64,000 nucleotides of DNA from an uncultured Nitrososphaeraceae archaeon (GTDB taxonomy: Archaea > Thermoproteota > Nitrososphaeria > Nitrososphaerales > Nitrososphaeraceae): the NCBI GenBank assembly GCA_963779615.1, contig CAVZZA010000005.1, positions 320,001 through 384,000 on the forward strand, given 5' to 3'. Within the stretch, counting starts at the first letter, position 1, and every line of letters starts with the position of its first letter. Made by a program: the position numbers and the translations under genes. Below the pieces are notes generated by a model, which was not told the origin of the DNA, made no database searches, and was given only the letters and a program-made list of their open reading frames with translations. Shown one piece after another: positions 22,592 to 37,099 of the stretch.

Positions 22592-22990
22592 ATGATGGAG
22601 GAGATCAACAACAGATTTTATCAGGCATTTCAGAGCTTGTCAATGGAACAGATGGACAGAATCTGGGACCATGGTGATGACATCGTGTGCATACATCCTG
22701 GGTGGGAATTGTTTACAGGATGGTTAGCGGTACGTGAAAGTTGGGTGGCGATATTTCAAAACACCACCAGCATAAAATTTTTAATAACAAATACAAAGTT
22801 ACGTTTCTTCAATGATCTTGTAGTTGCAGTGTGTTTAGAAAACATAGAAAGTAAAACGGGACACAATACAGCCAGATCAGGAATACTGTCTACAAACATA
22901 TTCAAAAAGTCTAACAGCGACTGGCTAATGATCCATCATCACGGCTCCACGGTAGCTGATTACATGACCCCCAACATTTCGCCTGTATAG
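22592..22990 (+). CDS. SnoaL-like / NTF2-family protein
   Basis: NRFYQAF, CIHPGW...G...VRESW, W.MIHHHGS. Confidence 0.88.
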   Translation: MMEEINNRFYQAFQSLSMEQMDRIWDHGDDIVCIHPGWELFTGWLAVRESWVAIFQNTTSIKFLITNTKLRFFNDLVVAVCLENIESKTGHNTARSGILSTNIFKKSNSDWLMIHHHGSTVADYMTPNISPV

Positions 22991-23444
22991 ACATATGCGA
23001 TAATCAAAAGAGCTATAGCATCTTAGATGGAATCTGGTTGTTTTTGATTCGTACCAATTGCTTTTCAACCCATTGCAACCATCTAATGAATTAATCTCTA
23101 TTAATGAACGCCTCTGTATTTGTTGTCAAAATACCAATATGGACACCCACACAAAAAAAAGTTTTCCTCAGATAAATAGCCATTAGATTGTCTCCATACC
23201 CATGATTTGATTTTTAAGGTAATAGGGAAAGGCACTCTCCAGTATTACCATCTTCACCATATACTTTTGTCCGTCCATACAATTATCGAAACATCAATGT
23301 TTGTTCCTGCCTGAAAAAATCAATTTCTGCGCAAAAAAGACACGAACAGTGTTGCAATCGGTTTTTAAAATTCACCTTGCACACCCAAACTCGCTCAAAC
23401 AGAAATATCTATCTATAACCGGAAATCTAAAGAATGTCGTAATT

Positions 23445-24296
23445 ATGATCAACAAAAATTCAAACGATATTGCAATTCAAGGTTTTGGATTATTTCCAAT
23501 CCTTTTTTTAGCTTCATTTTTAATGTCGCCTTTCCATGCTCAAGCTCAACCAAATACTGTCACAGATGGCATTAACGCCAGCGTTGAAAAGGGCGTTCAA
23601 ACGTATTTATTTCATGAGGACTCCAAACCATACGGACTAACTTTTGGGGAATGGACGGCAAAGTGGTGGCAATGGGCTTATGCAATACCAAAAAACACCA
23701 ACCCGGCGTATGACGATACCGGCAGATATTGTACAGTAAACCAAAAAGGTCCTGTATGGTTCTTTACCGGATCCTACGGAAAAGATGCATCACGACAATG
23801 TAGCGTACCTTCAGACAAAGCTATATTGTTCCCGATATTAAATTCTGAATGCTCTTTCGCAGAGTTTCCAAACTTAAAGAACGAAGAACAATTGAGGGTG
23901 TGCGCTAAGGAAACCCAGGACACAGTAACGCAAGTAAAAGCAAGTATTGACGGAAAAAACATCACAAATCTGGAAGGGTACAGAATTCAATCGCCTTTAT
24001 TCAGCCTTTCAATGCCCGAAAATAACCTTGTAGGTTTGCCACCTCAAAGCACTCAAGGGGTTTCAGACGGCAATTGGGTATTTTTGAAACCGCTGCCCGA
24101 AGGTGAGCACATAATTACCTTTAAAGGCGATTTAAGGAATATATCTGACGTTCAGGAAAACAAAAACAACAGATATTCCTTTGCGGGACCCTATGGATGG
24201 GACAACAAAGTTACATACCACACATCATCAATAGTTGGCAGCAGCAGCAGCAGCAGCAGCAACAATTCGTCACTCCCTTCCAACCCCATTACCTGA
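23445..24296 (+). CDS. secreted hypothetical protein (PYG..GEWTAKWWQW family)
   Basis: Signal peptide ending AQA; PYGLTFGEWTAKWWQWA, GPVWF, DGNWVFLKPLPEGEH; ORF track starts at 23301. Confidence 0.8.
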   Translation: MINKNSNDIAIQGFGLFPILFLASFLMSPFHAQAQPNTVTDGINASVEKGVQTYLFHEDSKPYGLTFGEWTAKWWQWAYAIPKNTNPAYDDTGRYCTVNQKGPVWFFTGSYGKDASRQCSVPSDKAILFPILNSECSFAEFPNLKNEEQLRVCAKETQDTVTQVKASIDGKNITNLEGYRIQSPLFSLSMPENNLVGLPPQSTQGVSDGNWVFLKPLPEGEHIITFKGDLRNISDVQENKNNRYSFAGPYGWDNKVTYHTSSIVGSSSSSSSNNSSLPSNPIT

Positions 24297-24353
24297 GATT
24301 CAAAATACAACTGATAAAGAAAATAGAATCTGACAATTTGTTGAACCTTTTGT

Positions 24354-25270
24354 CGCAAAACCTTGTTTTATTTTCTTGTATGATGGTGTGTAATTCATCA
24401 CAACAGTTTCAATTAACAAGACTAAGGCAATCGGCAAATTCTAGAATCCGCGTCAACAACACAACAAAAACATCACAACAAAAATACATGGGAGAGCAGG
24501 AAAAAGAAAAAAAATTGCTAGGCTACGTGTTTTATGAACGGATGACCCAGTTATTCTGGACTGCTTTCACAGGCTTACAGAATGCAAGTGCCTGGGGCCG
24601 TCAAATGTTTCTTTAACCATGCCTGTTTTTCCATTTATGGCCTTCTTGAAGCTTTGGAGGTTTGTAGATGGTGATTGTTGCATGGTTTGGTTAGAGGTGG
24701 AAGATGCTTTGCTTATGCCGGAATCGGCAATTTTAACCCCGTTTTTGTCTAATAATACATTCGATCGCCCCTGGCAAAATCAAGGGTTTGTAGCATTTTG
24801 TTGTACACATCAAAATTTAGCCCTGCTGCCCAAATTATCAACAGTGATCTGTCGTTATTGTCATTGCTTGTTTTTGAAAACATGTGCATGGCGATTACTG
24901 CCTGGTTGCGGCCGGAACAGCCAGCCTGTAATGACGCCACCAAGAATTACATTTTTTGTGTCGATTGCGCCCTTGTAGTAGTCCCTAAAGGACAAGTTGG
25001 CTGCAGAAAGACTCTGTTGGCGAGAATATGGCTCTACCATATAAACATCACCGTTTCGCATCAAAAAAATCATGGAAACAAAATCCTCGTGTGGTTAGAA
25101 TATTCTGCGCTAATTTTCTTTTTCCTGCTCTCCCATGTATTTTTGTTGTGATGTTTTTGTTGTGTTGTTGACGCGGATTCTAGAATTTGCCGATTGCCTT
25201 AGTCTTGTTAATTGAAACTGTTGTGATGAATTACACACCATCATACAAGAAAATAAAACAAGGTTTTGCG
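24354..25270. repeat. 157-bp perfect inverted repeat pair (24354-24510 and 25114-25270) enclosing 603 bp
   Basis: Reverse complement of 25114-25270 matches 24354-24510 base for base on manual comparison. Confidence 0.92.
24520..25113 (-). pseudogene. Cache (dCache-like) sensor-domain gene fragment, frameshifted
   Basis: IFLMRNGDVYMVEPY...FRDYYKGA, GRNQAVIA, LLDKNGVKIADS, FKKAINGKTG, PVKAVQNNWVI in shifting frames. Confidence 0.65.
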
Positions 25271-25482
25271 GTGCCTGCTTTTCTATTTGAGCACAACTGA
25301 CGATAAACAGCAAGCCAGAACAACTTATTCCACTATTAGCCTATTCGCGCCATCAAACAGGAATTTAGATAGGTCAAATCACGCCAAACAGGGTGAAGTA
25401 AAACGATAACACAACAATATCAAAAGCAGCAATACATTAGATTAAAAAACATGTTCAGAGATAATGTTATGGATCTTTCTAG

Positions 25483-28173
25483 ATGGACACCATTCATCCC
25501 GAGGCAATAGATTATTTAATTTCTGTAGACGGGTTTTCCGATTTTAATGGTGCGCAAAAAGACATACTCGAAAAAGGTTTTATTGATTATTCATCCAATT
25601 ACATAGTTGCTACAAATACAGGGACAGGAAAAACAGCCCTGGCACAATTGCGTATTGTAGACACTCTAAAGAAAGGACAAAAAGTCGTTTACATTTCTCC
25701 ATACAAAGCAATTGCAGAGGAAAAAAGACAAGATTTTGGATACTATAGCAGATACGGGTGGTCATGCATATCTTCCTCAAATCCTGATGAGACAAAAGAT
25801 TCCATCGATTACTCAAAGTTTAATCTAATATCAATGACTTATGAAAAGTTTGATTCGGTGCTAAACAACCATAGGTTTGTCAATGGGTGGTTAAAGAGGG
25901 TGGGGCTGTTGGTGGTTGATGAAGCACACATGATAAGTGATGCGGAAAGGGGACCCACACTTGAATCATCCATCACAAAGGTTATCACCATTTTTAATAA
26001 AAAAATAAGAATCCTAATGCTCAGCGCAGTGCTTCCAAACGTGGATAGTGTCGCTGGATGGATAAACGCAAAATATGGAACCAGCAATTGGCGACCTGTT
26101 GACCTGGAAGTAGGTTTTGCCCTTTACGGATCAAACACCAAAAACGGTCACGCTAGAAAAAAATTCGCACCTGTCCCAAATGCAGAAAAAATAATCAATA
26201 GGGAATTGACTCCCAAAGAGATTCTTGTAAAGTATGGCAGCCTTAATGCAATCAACAAGATTATTTGCAACAACAATAGGTTGGAGGAAAACCAGGCAAC
26301 AGGCGGAGGCAGAGACGCTGATACTAAAAAAAACGCATCAAATGACGATGAAGATGATGATGATCCCGCAAATAATGCAAGAAAATCAGGCAAAAGTGTT
26401 CATGACACGGCATTACTCGAATCAATTTACAAAGCTTTAAAACATGAGCAAAGAGCCAATGACATATCCAACCCATTGTGGTTTTTGTCAGAACAAATAA
26501 TAAAAGAAAACGGCCAGGTCCTGATTTTTGCGACCGACAGGGCAAGCACAGAGTCCATTGCTTTAAAAATGGCATCCTCAATTCGCAGCTCAAAGAACCT
26601 CAAAACCTATCTTTCAGCCCCGGATATTGAGGAGATAGAAAACAAGTTCATATCAAAAATGAAATCAAAGGATGAAAATCTAATTACTGCCATGGCAAAC
26701 GGTGTAGCTTTCCACCATGCAGGCCTCGATTTACAAAAAAGGAAATTAGTCGAGGATGCATACAAGTCTGGCAAAATAAAGATTCTCACCAGCACAACAA
26801 CACTTATTGCCGGAGTCAATCTGCCCGCAACCCTTGTGATTTTTGATTCGCTGTCATTCTGGAATGGAACAAGCAGGCAGACCATGGCAAAAAGGGATTT
26901 CCTCAATGGGTGTGGGAGAGCAGGACGTCCCGGATTTGAAACTCGTGGCAGGGCTTTAATCATGGCGTCTTCCCTCACATCCGCTGTTCAATTTATTGCC
27001 AGACCCTTGGAAAAAGTAGAAAGCCAGTTTACCCTTGACACCCTCATATTCCAAACACTATCCATAATAAAACGAAATGCAGATGTTGGCCAAAGATATA
27101 CCACAATAAAGGATATAGATAATTTCTTTAAACATAGTTTTTATTTTTCCTGTGGCTTTAAGGTTGATATCCATGGCTATTTGAAGCAGCTTCTTGACAT
27201 GGACATGATCTATGTTTACGAGGGATCTCTAAATGCAGACATAAATAAAATCCGAACAGAAAACATAATCGCCACTAACAAGGGCAGCAGCGGAATTAGC
27301 AGGAGCAGTAACAATAGTAACAATAATAAAAAAATCAAAGAAAAAAAAGATGGTGGCAATATAGATACTGCTATTGAAGACGGACTGGATCTCAAATACA
27401 GCATAACCAGTCTTGGTTATGAAACAATAAGATTCTACTTGAATCCCCGTACAGGGCACCTTGTCCGGAATATGCTTTTTGCATTAGAGGCCTTTATTTT
27501 AAAAACAAAATTCACGTCAAACGAAATATTCAAGAGAGTAAGTATTCCAAGGAAAATCACCGAATTATCCATTATTCACACGCTAATGCATTCAAAAGAG
27601 CTACAAAGTCTTTGGAAAACAACAAAATGGAAAGACGATGAATTTGAATTTGTTAGGAACCACATTGACGAAATAATGGTTAACCAAACTACGTATTTGC
27701 AGGAAAAACTGCCTGAAGACGAGAGAAAGTGCCTGTGTACTGCAATGGCATTTTATGACAAGATGAATATGGAAGACATTGAATACAAAGCAAGCTTTGA
27801 TTCTCTATACCAAAGGTTTGGACGAGGGGATTTTTCAGCCATTCAGGAAAACATGGAATGGTTAGTTGGAGCCACATTAAGGATTGCCAAAGTCATTTTA
27901 AGGACTGATGCAAATTCGCTCCAATCAATTTCAAACATCCTCATCACTTTAGCAAAAAGGATTAATTCTGGAATGGTAAAAGAGGAACTTTTGGAATTAT
28001 GTGGCATACGCGAAATTGGGCGAATGAGATCGTTTGCGCTTGCCAATGCAGGCATAAAAACAATAAGTCATCTTGTCAATACAAACAACAAAAGGATCAT
28101 TGCCGCTGTCCTTGAATCAGAACAATTGGCAGACCGTCTAATAGACAACGCAAAAAAAGCTCATAAAAACTAA
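25483..28173 (+). CDS. Ski2/Hel308-like DEAD/DEAH-box helicase
   Basis: TGTGKT, PYKAIAEEK, TYEKFD, DEAH, LSAV, FHHAGL, TTTLIAGVNLPA, GRAGRPG; C-terminal HhH-like segment. Confidence 0.92.
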   Translation: MDTIHPEAIDYLISVDGFSDFNGAQKDILEKGFIDYSSNYIVATNTGTGKTALAQLRIVDTLKKGQKVVYISPYKAIAEEKRQDFGYYSRYGWSCISSSNPDETKDSIDYSKFNLISMTYEKFDSVLNNHRFVNGWLKRVGLLVVDEAHMISDAERGPTLESSITKVITIFNKKIRILMLSAVLPNVDSVAGWINAKYGTSNWRPVDLEVGFALYGSNTKNGHARKKFAPVPNAEKIINRELTPKEILVKYGSLNAINKIICNNNRLEENQATGGGRDADTKKNASNDDEDDDDPANNARKSGKSVHDTALLESIYKALKHEQRANDISNPLWFLSEQIIKENGQVLIFATDRASTESIALKMASSIRSSKNLKTYLSAPDIEEIENKFISKMKSKDENLITAMANGVAFHHAGLDLQKRKLVEDAYKSGKIKILTSTTTLIAGVNLPATLVIFDSLSFWNGTSRQTMAKRDFLNGCGRAGRPGFETRGRALIMASSLTSAVQFIARPLEKVESQFTLDTLIFQTLSIIKRNADVGQRYTTIKDIDNFFKHSFYFSCGFKVDIHGYLKQLLDMDMIYVYEGSLNADINKIRTENIIATNKGSSGISRSSNNSNNNKKIKEKKDGGNIDTAIEDGLDLKYSITSLGYETIRFYLNPRTGHLVRNMLFALEAFILKTKFTSNEIFKRVSIPRKITELSIIHTLMHSKELQSLWKTTKWKDDEFEFVRNHIDEIMVNQTTYLQEKLPEDERKCLCTAMAFYDKMNMEDIEYKASFDSLYQRFGRGDFSAIQENMEWLVGATLRIAKVILRTDANSLQSISNILITLAKRINSGMVKEELLELCGIREIGRMRSFALANAGIKTISHLVNTNNKRIIAAVLESEQLADRLIDNAKKAHKN

Positions 28174-28578
28174 TTTTTTACGGCATCAGTGTTCTTGGGT
28201 GAGAAACAGTTTAAATCCACAACCCACATGGATTTGCCCTGTGTTTCAAGTGTTTTACTATAGGCCAGGTTGTCATTTTTTTTACAACAAACCAGAATTA
28301 ACTAAAATCCTAAAGTGACTCAGTCTTGTGAACTGGAACAGCAAAAACATTTTTTTCCCTTTTTGTCTTAATGCCCTTAGATGGGGCCTTTTTGTATTTG
28401 ACGACGACCCTAAAGCATCACTGAAAAAAAAGGGTCTGCTTTATTGGCAACATATAGAGAGCTACCAAGACACTTTAAAATAGTATAATGGAAAAAAAAT
28501 TCGGAATTGAGGCTTGATGGGTGCGAGATATGGACATGAGGAATTTATCGGCAAACTAATAAAAAAAGACTGATTTTA

Positions 28579-30000
28579 CTATTTTGTCATATCAGGCGAC
28601 ATCTCTGGCGGTAAAGGCCTTGCCGCCACGTTTAAGCCCAAATCCGCATACTGCCCATCCCTGTACACAGTCAAGGTCACCGTGTCGCCTGGTTTGGTGT
28701 GCTGATCGATGTACGTAATCAGCTCGTCTGTTTTTGTTATGTTTTGCTTGTCGAGTGCCGTGATAACATCGCCACCATGCTTTTCACCATAATAGTCCGT
28801 TACGGCACCGCGCAGCCCTGCCTTGTCGGCAGGCCCATCCTTCACAATTGTGTTGACATACACCCCCCTGAAGGTCTTTGACAGGTTCTCAAACTGTGGT
28901 GTGACATCGGAAGTCAATGTGACGCCACTAAGCCCCAGATAAGGGTGGGTAAAGTTTCCATCCTGTATGAGGACAGGCGTCTCTTTGGTGATGGTGTTGG
29001 AGGAGATTGCAAATCCTACCCCATCCGATATTCTTGCGGTGTTCATTCCAATGACCTGCCCCTTGATGTTCAGCAAGGGACCTCCAGAATTGCCCGGGTT
29101 TATGGATGCGTCAGTTTGAACGACATCGGGGATGGAGTAGCCGGCATCCTCTGGAAGCAAGCGGCCGGTTTGGCTGACTATGCCCGTTGTCATGGTATTG
29201 TCCAAACCGTAGGGGTTTCCAATTGCTATCACCTGGTCACCGATCTCAAGGTTGGATGAGTTGGCAATGTCAAGTGGGGCAAGGGGTTTGGTCAGATTCT
29301 CTATGATCTTCAAAACGGCCAAATCACTAAACGGGTCTTTGCCCGCCACTGACGCGGTGTACCTGTTCCCATCTGTGAATGTGACATCAAAGACCTTGGC
29401 CTTGCTAACCACATGGTTGTTGGTAATTATGTGCCCCTCGCCATCATATATAAAGCCAGAACCCAATGCAGTAACATTTTGGCCACTGCCCGGAATGGAG
29501 GGATCTGCCGGAGGCGAGGACACCTTGCTTGTAATCTGAACCACAGAATTTTGCACACTCTCAAATATCGAGTTCAAGTGGCGGCTTTGCAAATTGAACA
29601 AATCAGCAACATCGGAGGCGTTGGAGGCGTTGGAGGTGGTGCGGGCGTTGGAGTCCAAGTTTTGCTGAGGTTGCTGCTGCATGTGCTGCGACTGCGAGGG
29701 TAATTGAGTTGAGGGTGCAGCAGATTGAAACGGTGATGATGGTGATGATGTGGAGGAGGCTGGAGTGGTGGAGGAGACAAGGTTTGGGTATGCCCCTGCC
29801 ATTGCTACTGACAACATAATCACCAGAAAAAACAATGTCAAAGGTGACATTACGAAATGGTGGGTATTGTTCATACCAGGTTTTAATGCTATGACTCTTA
29901 TAGAAGTTACTGCCATTGCACACAGCAAAGGATTATCAGAATTCTCCAATAGTTTTAGTATAAAATATATCCTTCGCTTTTGTATCCAATCCGTAAACAA
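28579..30000 (-). CDS. HtrA/DegP-like trypsin serine protease with PDZ domain (copy 1; true start probably ~29916 or 29874)
   Basis: GSGF, TNNHVV, DLAVL, TDASINPGNSGGPL, PDZ GPADKAGL; N-terminal signal/TM segment. Confidence 0.93.
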   Translation of the reverse strand: MFTDWIQKRRIYFILKLLENSDNPLLCAMAVTSIRVIALKPGMNNTHHFVMSPLTLFFLVIMLSVAMAGAYPNLVSSTTPASSTSSPSSPFQSAAPSTQLPSQSQHMQQQPQQNLDSNARTTSNASNASDVADLFNLQSRHLNSIFESVQNSVVQITSKVSSPPADPSIPGSGQNVTALGSGFIYDGEGHIITNNHVVSKAKVFDVTFTDGNRYTASVAGKDPFSDLAVLKIIENLTKPLAPLDIANSSNLEIGDQVIAIGNPYGLDNTMTTGIVSQTGRLLPEDAGYSIPDVVQTDASINPGNSGGPLLNIKGQVIGMNTARISDGVGFAISSNTITKETPVLIQDGNFTHPYLGLSGVTLTSDVTPQFENLSKTFRGVYVNTIVKDGPADKAGLRGAVTDYYGEKHGGDVITALDKQNITKTDELITYIDQHTKPGDTVTLTVYRDGQYADLGLNVAARPLPPEMSPDMTK

Positions 30001-31319
30001 TAATTAATGCTCTCAATATATTCCGATTAATAAAATTAAATTAGTCAGACGATGAGTGAATGGGTCACCATCTTGAATGATTAATCGATGTCTTTTACAG
30101 TTTGTGATGGCACTACCATAAAATGCAATATTATTTGTCGGTTCTAGTCTACACTGTATGAGCGGCTGTAATAATTCCATGCTCATTAAAATTAAATCAA
30201 CTGTCAGTGTTTATTAATAATTTTGTCAATATTAAATAATGTAATAAATGCCTCATTATTTTCATTGATGAATCCGGCCTTTTTATTATTGAACAGATAA
30301 CAATGATAACAATGATCTAAACCACGAAACTACACTGTATGTAACAAGTATTATGAGCGAATCTATTTGGCCATAAGCGTCACTAGTGAAATGTAACATA
30401 TATTTTGAAAATAATGAAAATTATTTGTGTATGTGTATTAAGTATAACCCATGCAATTCTTTTATTTTTTTATCCCGGGTTTATCTACTATGCAATTCAG
30501 TTATCAATCTAATTTCCATTTTAGCATTTCATGGATGCCGCTAATCACACTATATGCCAGGATTTTTCCCACAGATGGCGCTCCAGTCTTTTATCCAGTA
30601 TTAAAATTAGCAAACCAAAAACCAACAGACATTATATGATTTGATAATATTTTGGTCTTCTATTGTCTCATGTATATGCGCAAGACACAAAATATTTCGA
30701 TAAGGACACGCCCGGATAACCCACTAAGACATATTTGAAGTCATTCATTGAAAAGGCATAACATTGTGCTTTAGATTGTTTGCCATATCGCTTTAAAGAT
30801 AAAGTAAAGATGAAAATCCTTATTTTTGAAAACCTGACGAAGGCGTTAATTGCATGCTATTCTATAGAGTATTTTAAACTTTATCTGCAATATGGAGTAA
30901 ATTCCATTCATTACAATTTAGAGAATAAAAAATCCAAACATAATTTGTCAAAAGATAGTGGCATATTTCTGCTTACATTAGTAAGACAGAATAGTCAATA
31001 TGATATCTACAAATATTCCATATGGAATTGCTCCTGTTGTATAAGTATTGGCATTAATCGGAATTATTACGGCAGTTACAGTGTGGTAAAATAATGGTTT
31101 AGTGTATCACAATAGGATAACCACTAATCAAAGCATGTGGACTGAACAAATTCAGCACAATTTTTGATTCTGGGGAAAATGGAAAATTGCAACAATAAAC
31201 AAGATCGGCAGATGAGTGTGGTATTAGCAGGTGAAGGTTTTATAACGCATAGGTACCTTCGTTTTGTAATTTATTAAAAATTTAAGGTTACTATTAAATA
31301 AACATCATCTTTTTTTTAT

Positions 31320-31986
31320 GGCTCTGTTAACTTAAGAAAAAGCTATAGTCGCGATTATGCCATAAACAATATTGACATACAGAAGGCAGAGAACCAAACC
31401 GAAAGATGTTGCCTATTCCCTATATCTTTACTTCCTGGGTCTCTCTTGTAGAAGCACCGCAAAGGCGTTGAAGCGATTTGTGAAAAGGAGCCATGTATCA
31501 GTCTGGAAATGGATCCAGAAATACAGGCCAAAGAGGCTATCAACCAGGAGAAAAAAGATTAATGGATACATTGTTGACGAAACCCAGATTAAGGTTGGCT
31601 CCCAATGCATATGGCTTTGGGTTGCAATTGAGCCAAAACACAGGGAAATTCTTCAGATTGATGTGTCAGTTGAAAGAGCAATGCTAGTTGCCGAGAGATT
31701 TATTGCGTCTCTGGTAGATGGGTATGGAAAACATCCAGTTTCCACCGATGGGGGAACTTGGTATCCGCAAGCATGCAGGTTCCTGAAACTGAAACATCAT
31801 TTGCATTCCTCATTGGAGAAAAGCTTGATAGAAAGGGCAATGCAGTACATCAAGGACAGGACAGAAGGATTTGATGACTACTTTCCATGCCTAAAAAAGA
31901 AATGCAAACTAAAGCATGTAAAACAATGGTTGAACCTGTTTGCTTATTACCACAATAGGGGAATAATCTCTTAAGTTAACAGAGCC
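31320..31986 (+). mobile_element. IS6-family insertion sequence (copy 1)
   Basis: TIRs GGCTCTGTTAACTTAAGA and TCTTAAGTTAACAGAGCC; 8-bp TSD TTTTTTAT on both sides. Confidence 0.95.
31372..31974 (+). CDS. IS6-family transposase
   Basis: VDETQIK, WLWVAIE, STDGG, IERAMQYIKDR DDE motifs. Confidence 0.92.
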   Translation: MTYRRQRTKPKDVAYSLYLYFLGLSCRSTAKALKRFVKRSHVSVWKWIQKYRPKRLSTRRKKINGYIVDETQIKVGSQCIWLWVAIEPKHREILQIDVSVERAMLVAERFIASLVDGYGKHPVSTDGGTWYPQACRFLKLKHHLHSSLEKSLIERAMQYIKDRTEGFDDYFPCLKKKCKLKHVKQWLNLFAYYHNRGIIS

Positions 31987-32070
31987 TTTTTTATTAACAG
32001 AATGTTTTTATAACAAATTTTATAGGAATGTACAGATTCATTATTATAGAACATGCATTGCTAAAGAAAT

Positions 32071-35019
<2,949 letters not shown>

Positions 35020-35905
35020 CAACAACGACAACAACAACCTTCTTTTTCTTTTCTACATTTTCTTTCCACCCCTTACTTTCACTACAAATCTCACTCTAAA
35101 ACACCATTTCTACAATATAGACACAAAACTGGATAATTAGTGTCGGTAGTCTGATTTTAGAACGGTAGAAACAATCCAACCAAGACAAACTATTTTGCGA
35201 AACAGGCAAATGTCTTTCATATCGGCATCATATCCTAATAATCTGACAATGATATTTTGCAGTAATAAAGGTGAAGAATGTCATTTAATTTGAAAAATCC
35301 GACTGAATTGTAATAGTAGTAAAGCAGCAAGTCGTGAAGCAAATCCCCCTCCACCTCTTTTCTTTTAAACGCGTTATTTTAGGCATATGAATTATTAGGA
35401 TATCGAAATAAATTTGATATTCATGCATCTTCTTTAACTTTTATTTAATTTTCCTTCTTTCCCACATTCTATTTCAATATAACCAAAATGCTTTCTTTGA
35501 AATAATTATGTTTTGGATTCGATAACACATGCACAAATATCAAACAACTGGTTGAAGATTATGTTGTAGTGTTAGTGCAGTAATTGTAGTTATTGATGTA
35601 TTAATTTGCAGGATCGCTAATTTTTGTAGTTTTGGTACAGGCAAGCACAAAGTATTTTTGTAGACATCAAATTAAAAAAACATTTTTAAATCAATTCTCA
35701 TAAAACCAGCAATTGATTTTCCACTGTATGGGATCAGTTAAAATAATTATTAGTTGTGAAATTGTCAGGTTTTCATCCTTATTCTAAGATACGAAGTGAG
35801 ACTTCTTGATATAATACTGCAAAATGTTTGAAAATGTTAATGTGGCATAGCAACAAAAAAGGGTTATTAACTATTTTGCGTATTAATTAGACATCAGAGG
35901 TAAAT

Positions 35906-36754
35906 GTGACAATGAGCTCAATATCACCAACAACAATCAGGACAATATCCGACACAAATAATTTACAAAAGAACAAAGCAGTACCTATTGCAGGTTTTCC
36001 AGGCCCTGGGCTTGTAGGATCAATAAGCACCAGTTATATGATTGATAAATTGAACATGCGTCAAATTGCATGCGTCGAATCACAGTACATTTCACCTGGT
36101 GTGATATACACGGAAGGAAAACTAAGGCACCCATTTCGCTTATATGCAAATGCAGAAGGAAATGTTTGTGTTCTTGTTTGTGAAGCGCCTATAATGATAA
36201 ATGGTATCCATTCCGTTCTAAACACGGTAATGGATTGGGCGATAAAAAATACTATTCAAGAAGTTCTTGTTTTAGATGGAATCCCTGTGCAAGACATTCC
36301 TAGGTCCGAAAGACAAACCATTATGCTAGAGAGTAACGAAATGGATCAGAACATGCAAAGCAGTGAGAGCAATGAGAACAACCTAGTAATTTCCAATAGC
36401 CAAGGAAACACGTCAAGTAATTTTAACAGGAGTTTAACTAAAGACACTCATAAAAAGTACACCACTTTCATAGGAGGGATTGCAGGAGGGCTGCTATCAG
36501 CATGTCTATCATATCAAATTCCATGTGCGGCAATTCTTGTTCCTGCATTAAATGGCATTCCAGATCCTGAAGGAGCATCTCTTTTAATTGAATCGTACAA
36601 TAGCATCATAAAGGATGAAAATTTAAAAATAAACTCAACTCAACTGAAAGAGCAAGGGCAAAATTTAAAAAGACAGTTAGAACAAATCATAAGATCAGAA
36701 CAAGAGCAACGAGACCAGGGGACTTTGACAGGACAAAAAGAAATATACGGATGA
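35906..36754 (+). CDS. PAC2 family proteasome assembly chaperone
   Basis: AGFPGPGLVGSI, HPFRLY, IGGIAGGLL, PDPEGA. Confidence 0.9.
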   Translation: MTMSSISPTTIRTISDTNNLQKNKAVPIAGFPGPGLVGSISTSYMIDKLNMRQIACVESQYISPGVIYTEGKLRHPFRLYANAEGNVCVLVCEAPIMINGIHSVLNTVMDWAIKNTIQEVLVLDGIPVQDIPRSERQTIMLESNEMDQNMQSSESNENNLVISNSQGNTSSNFNRSLTKDTHKKYTTFIGGIAGGLLSACLSYQIPCAAILVPALNGIPDPEGASLLIESYNSIIKDENLKINSTQLKEQGQNLKRQLEQIIRSEQEQRDQGTLTGQKEIYG

Positions 36755-36865
36755 TTTTAAATTATTTAGCCTTTTGTTGTTAACCATCACGCACTCAGGG
36801 AAAGCAGGCAACTTGTATATCACAAAGTTTGGTGAAAACAATGAGTTAATTTTGAAGTCAAAGCC

Positions 36866-37099
36866 ATGAAAAAGGAAGGGTTTTTGATGCAACTTTCATT
36901 GATTGCTCGCCTTGCCCAAAAAGACATACATTATTTATGGTTTGCAATATTTGCATCACATTTCTTCCTGTTTGTATTGCATAGGTTCGATGCGCGCACT
37001 GCATTACTTGTTTCTGTAATGGACGCGGCACTATATCTTGCATGGGTAATATTCTTTCGAATGAAGGTCATGCAAAACTGGAAAAGAGATGGTTTTTGA
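36866..37099 (+). CDS. small membrane protein or fragment
   Basis: 77-aa ORF with two hydrophobic stretches. Confidence 0.3.
   Translation: MKKEGFLMQLSLIARLAQKDIHYLWFAIFASHFFLFVLHRFDARTALLVSVMDAALYLAWVIFFRMKVMQNWKRDGF

Noticed and set aside
24197-25313. ORFs 24197-24616 and 25110-25313 sharing identical peptide sequence
   Set aside because: The identity is simply the inverted-repeat arm read on each strand; no evidence that they code
30451-31094. ORFs 30451-30639 and 30780-31094 (likewise 51411-51647)
   Set aside because: No motifs and composition typical of AT-rich intergenic chance ORFs
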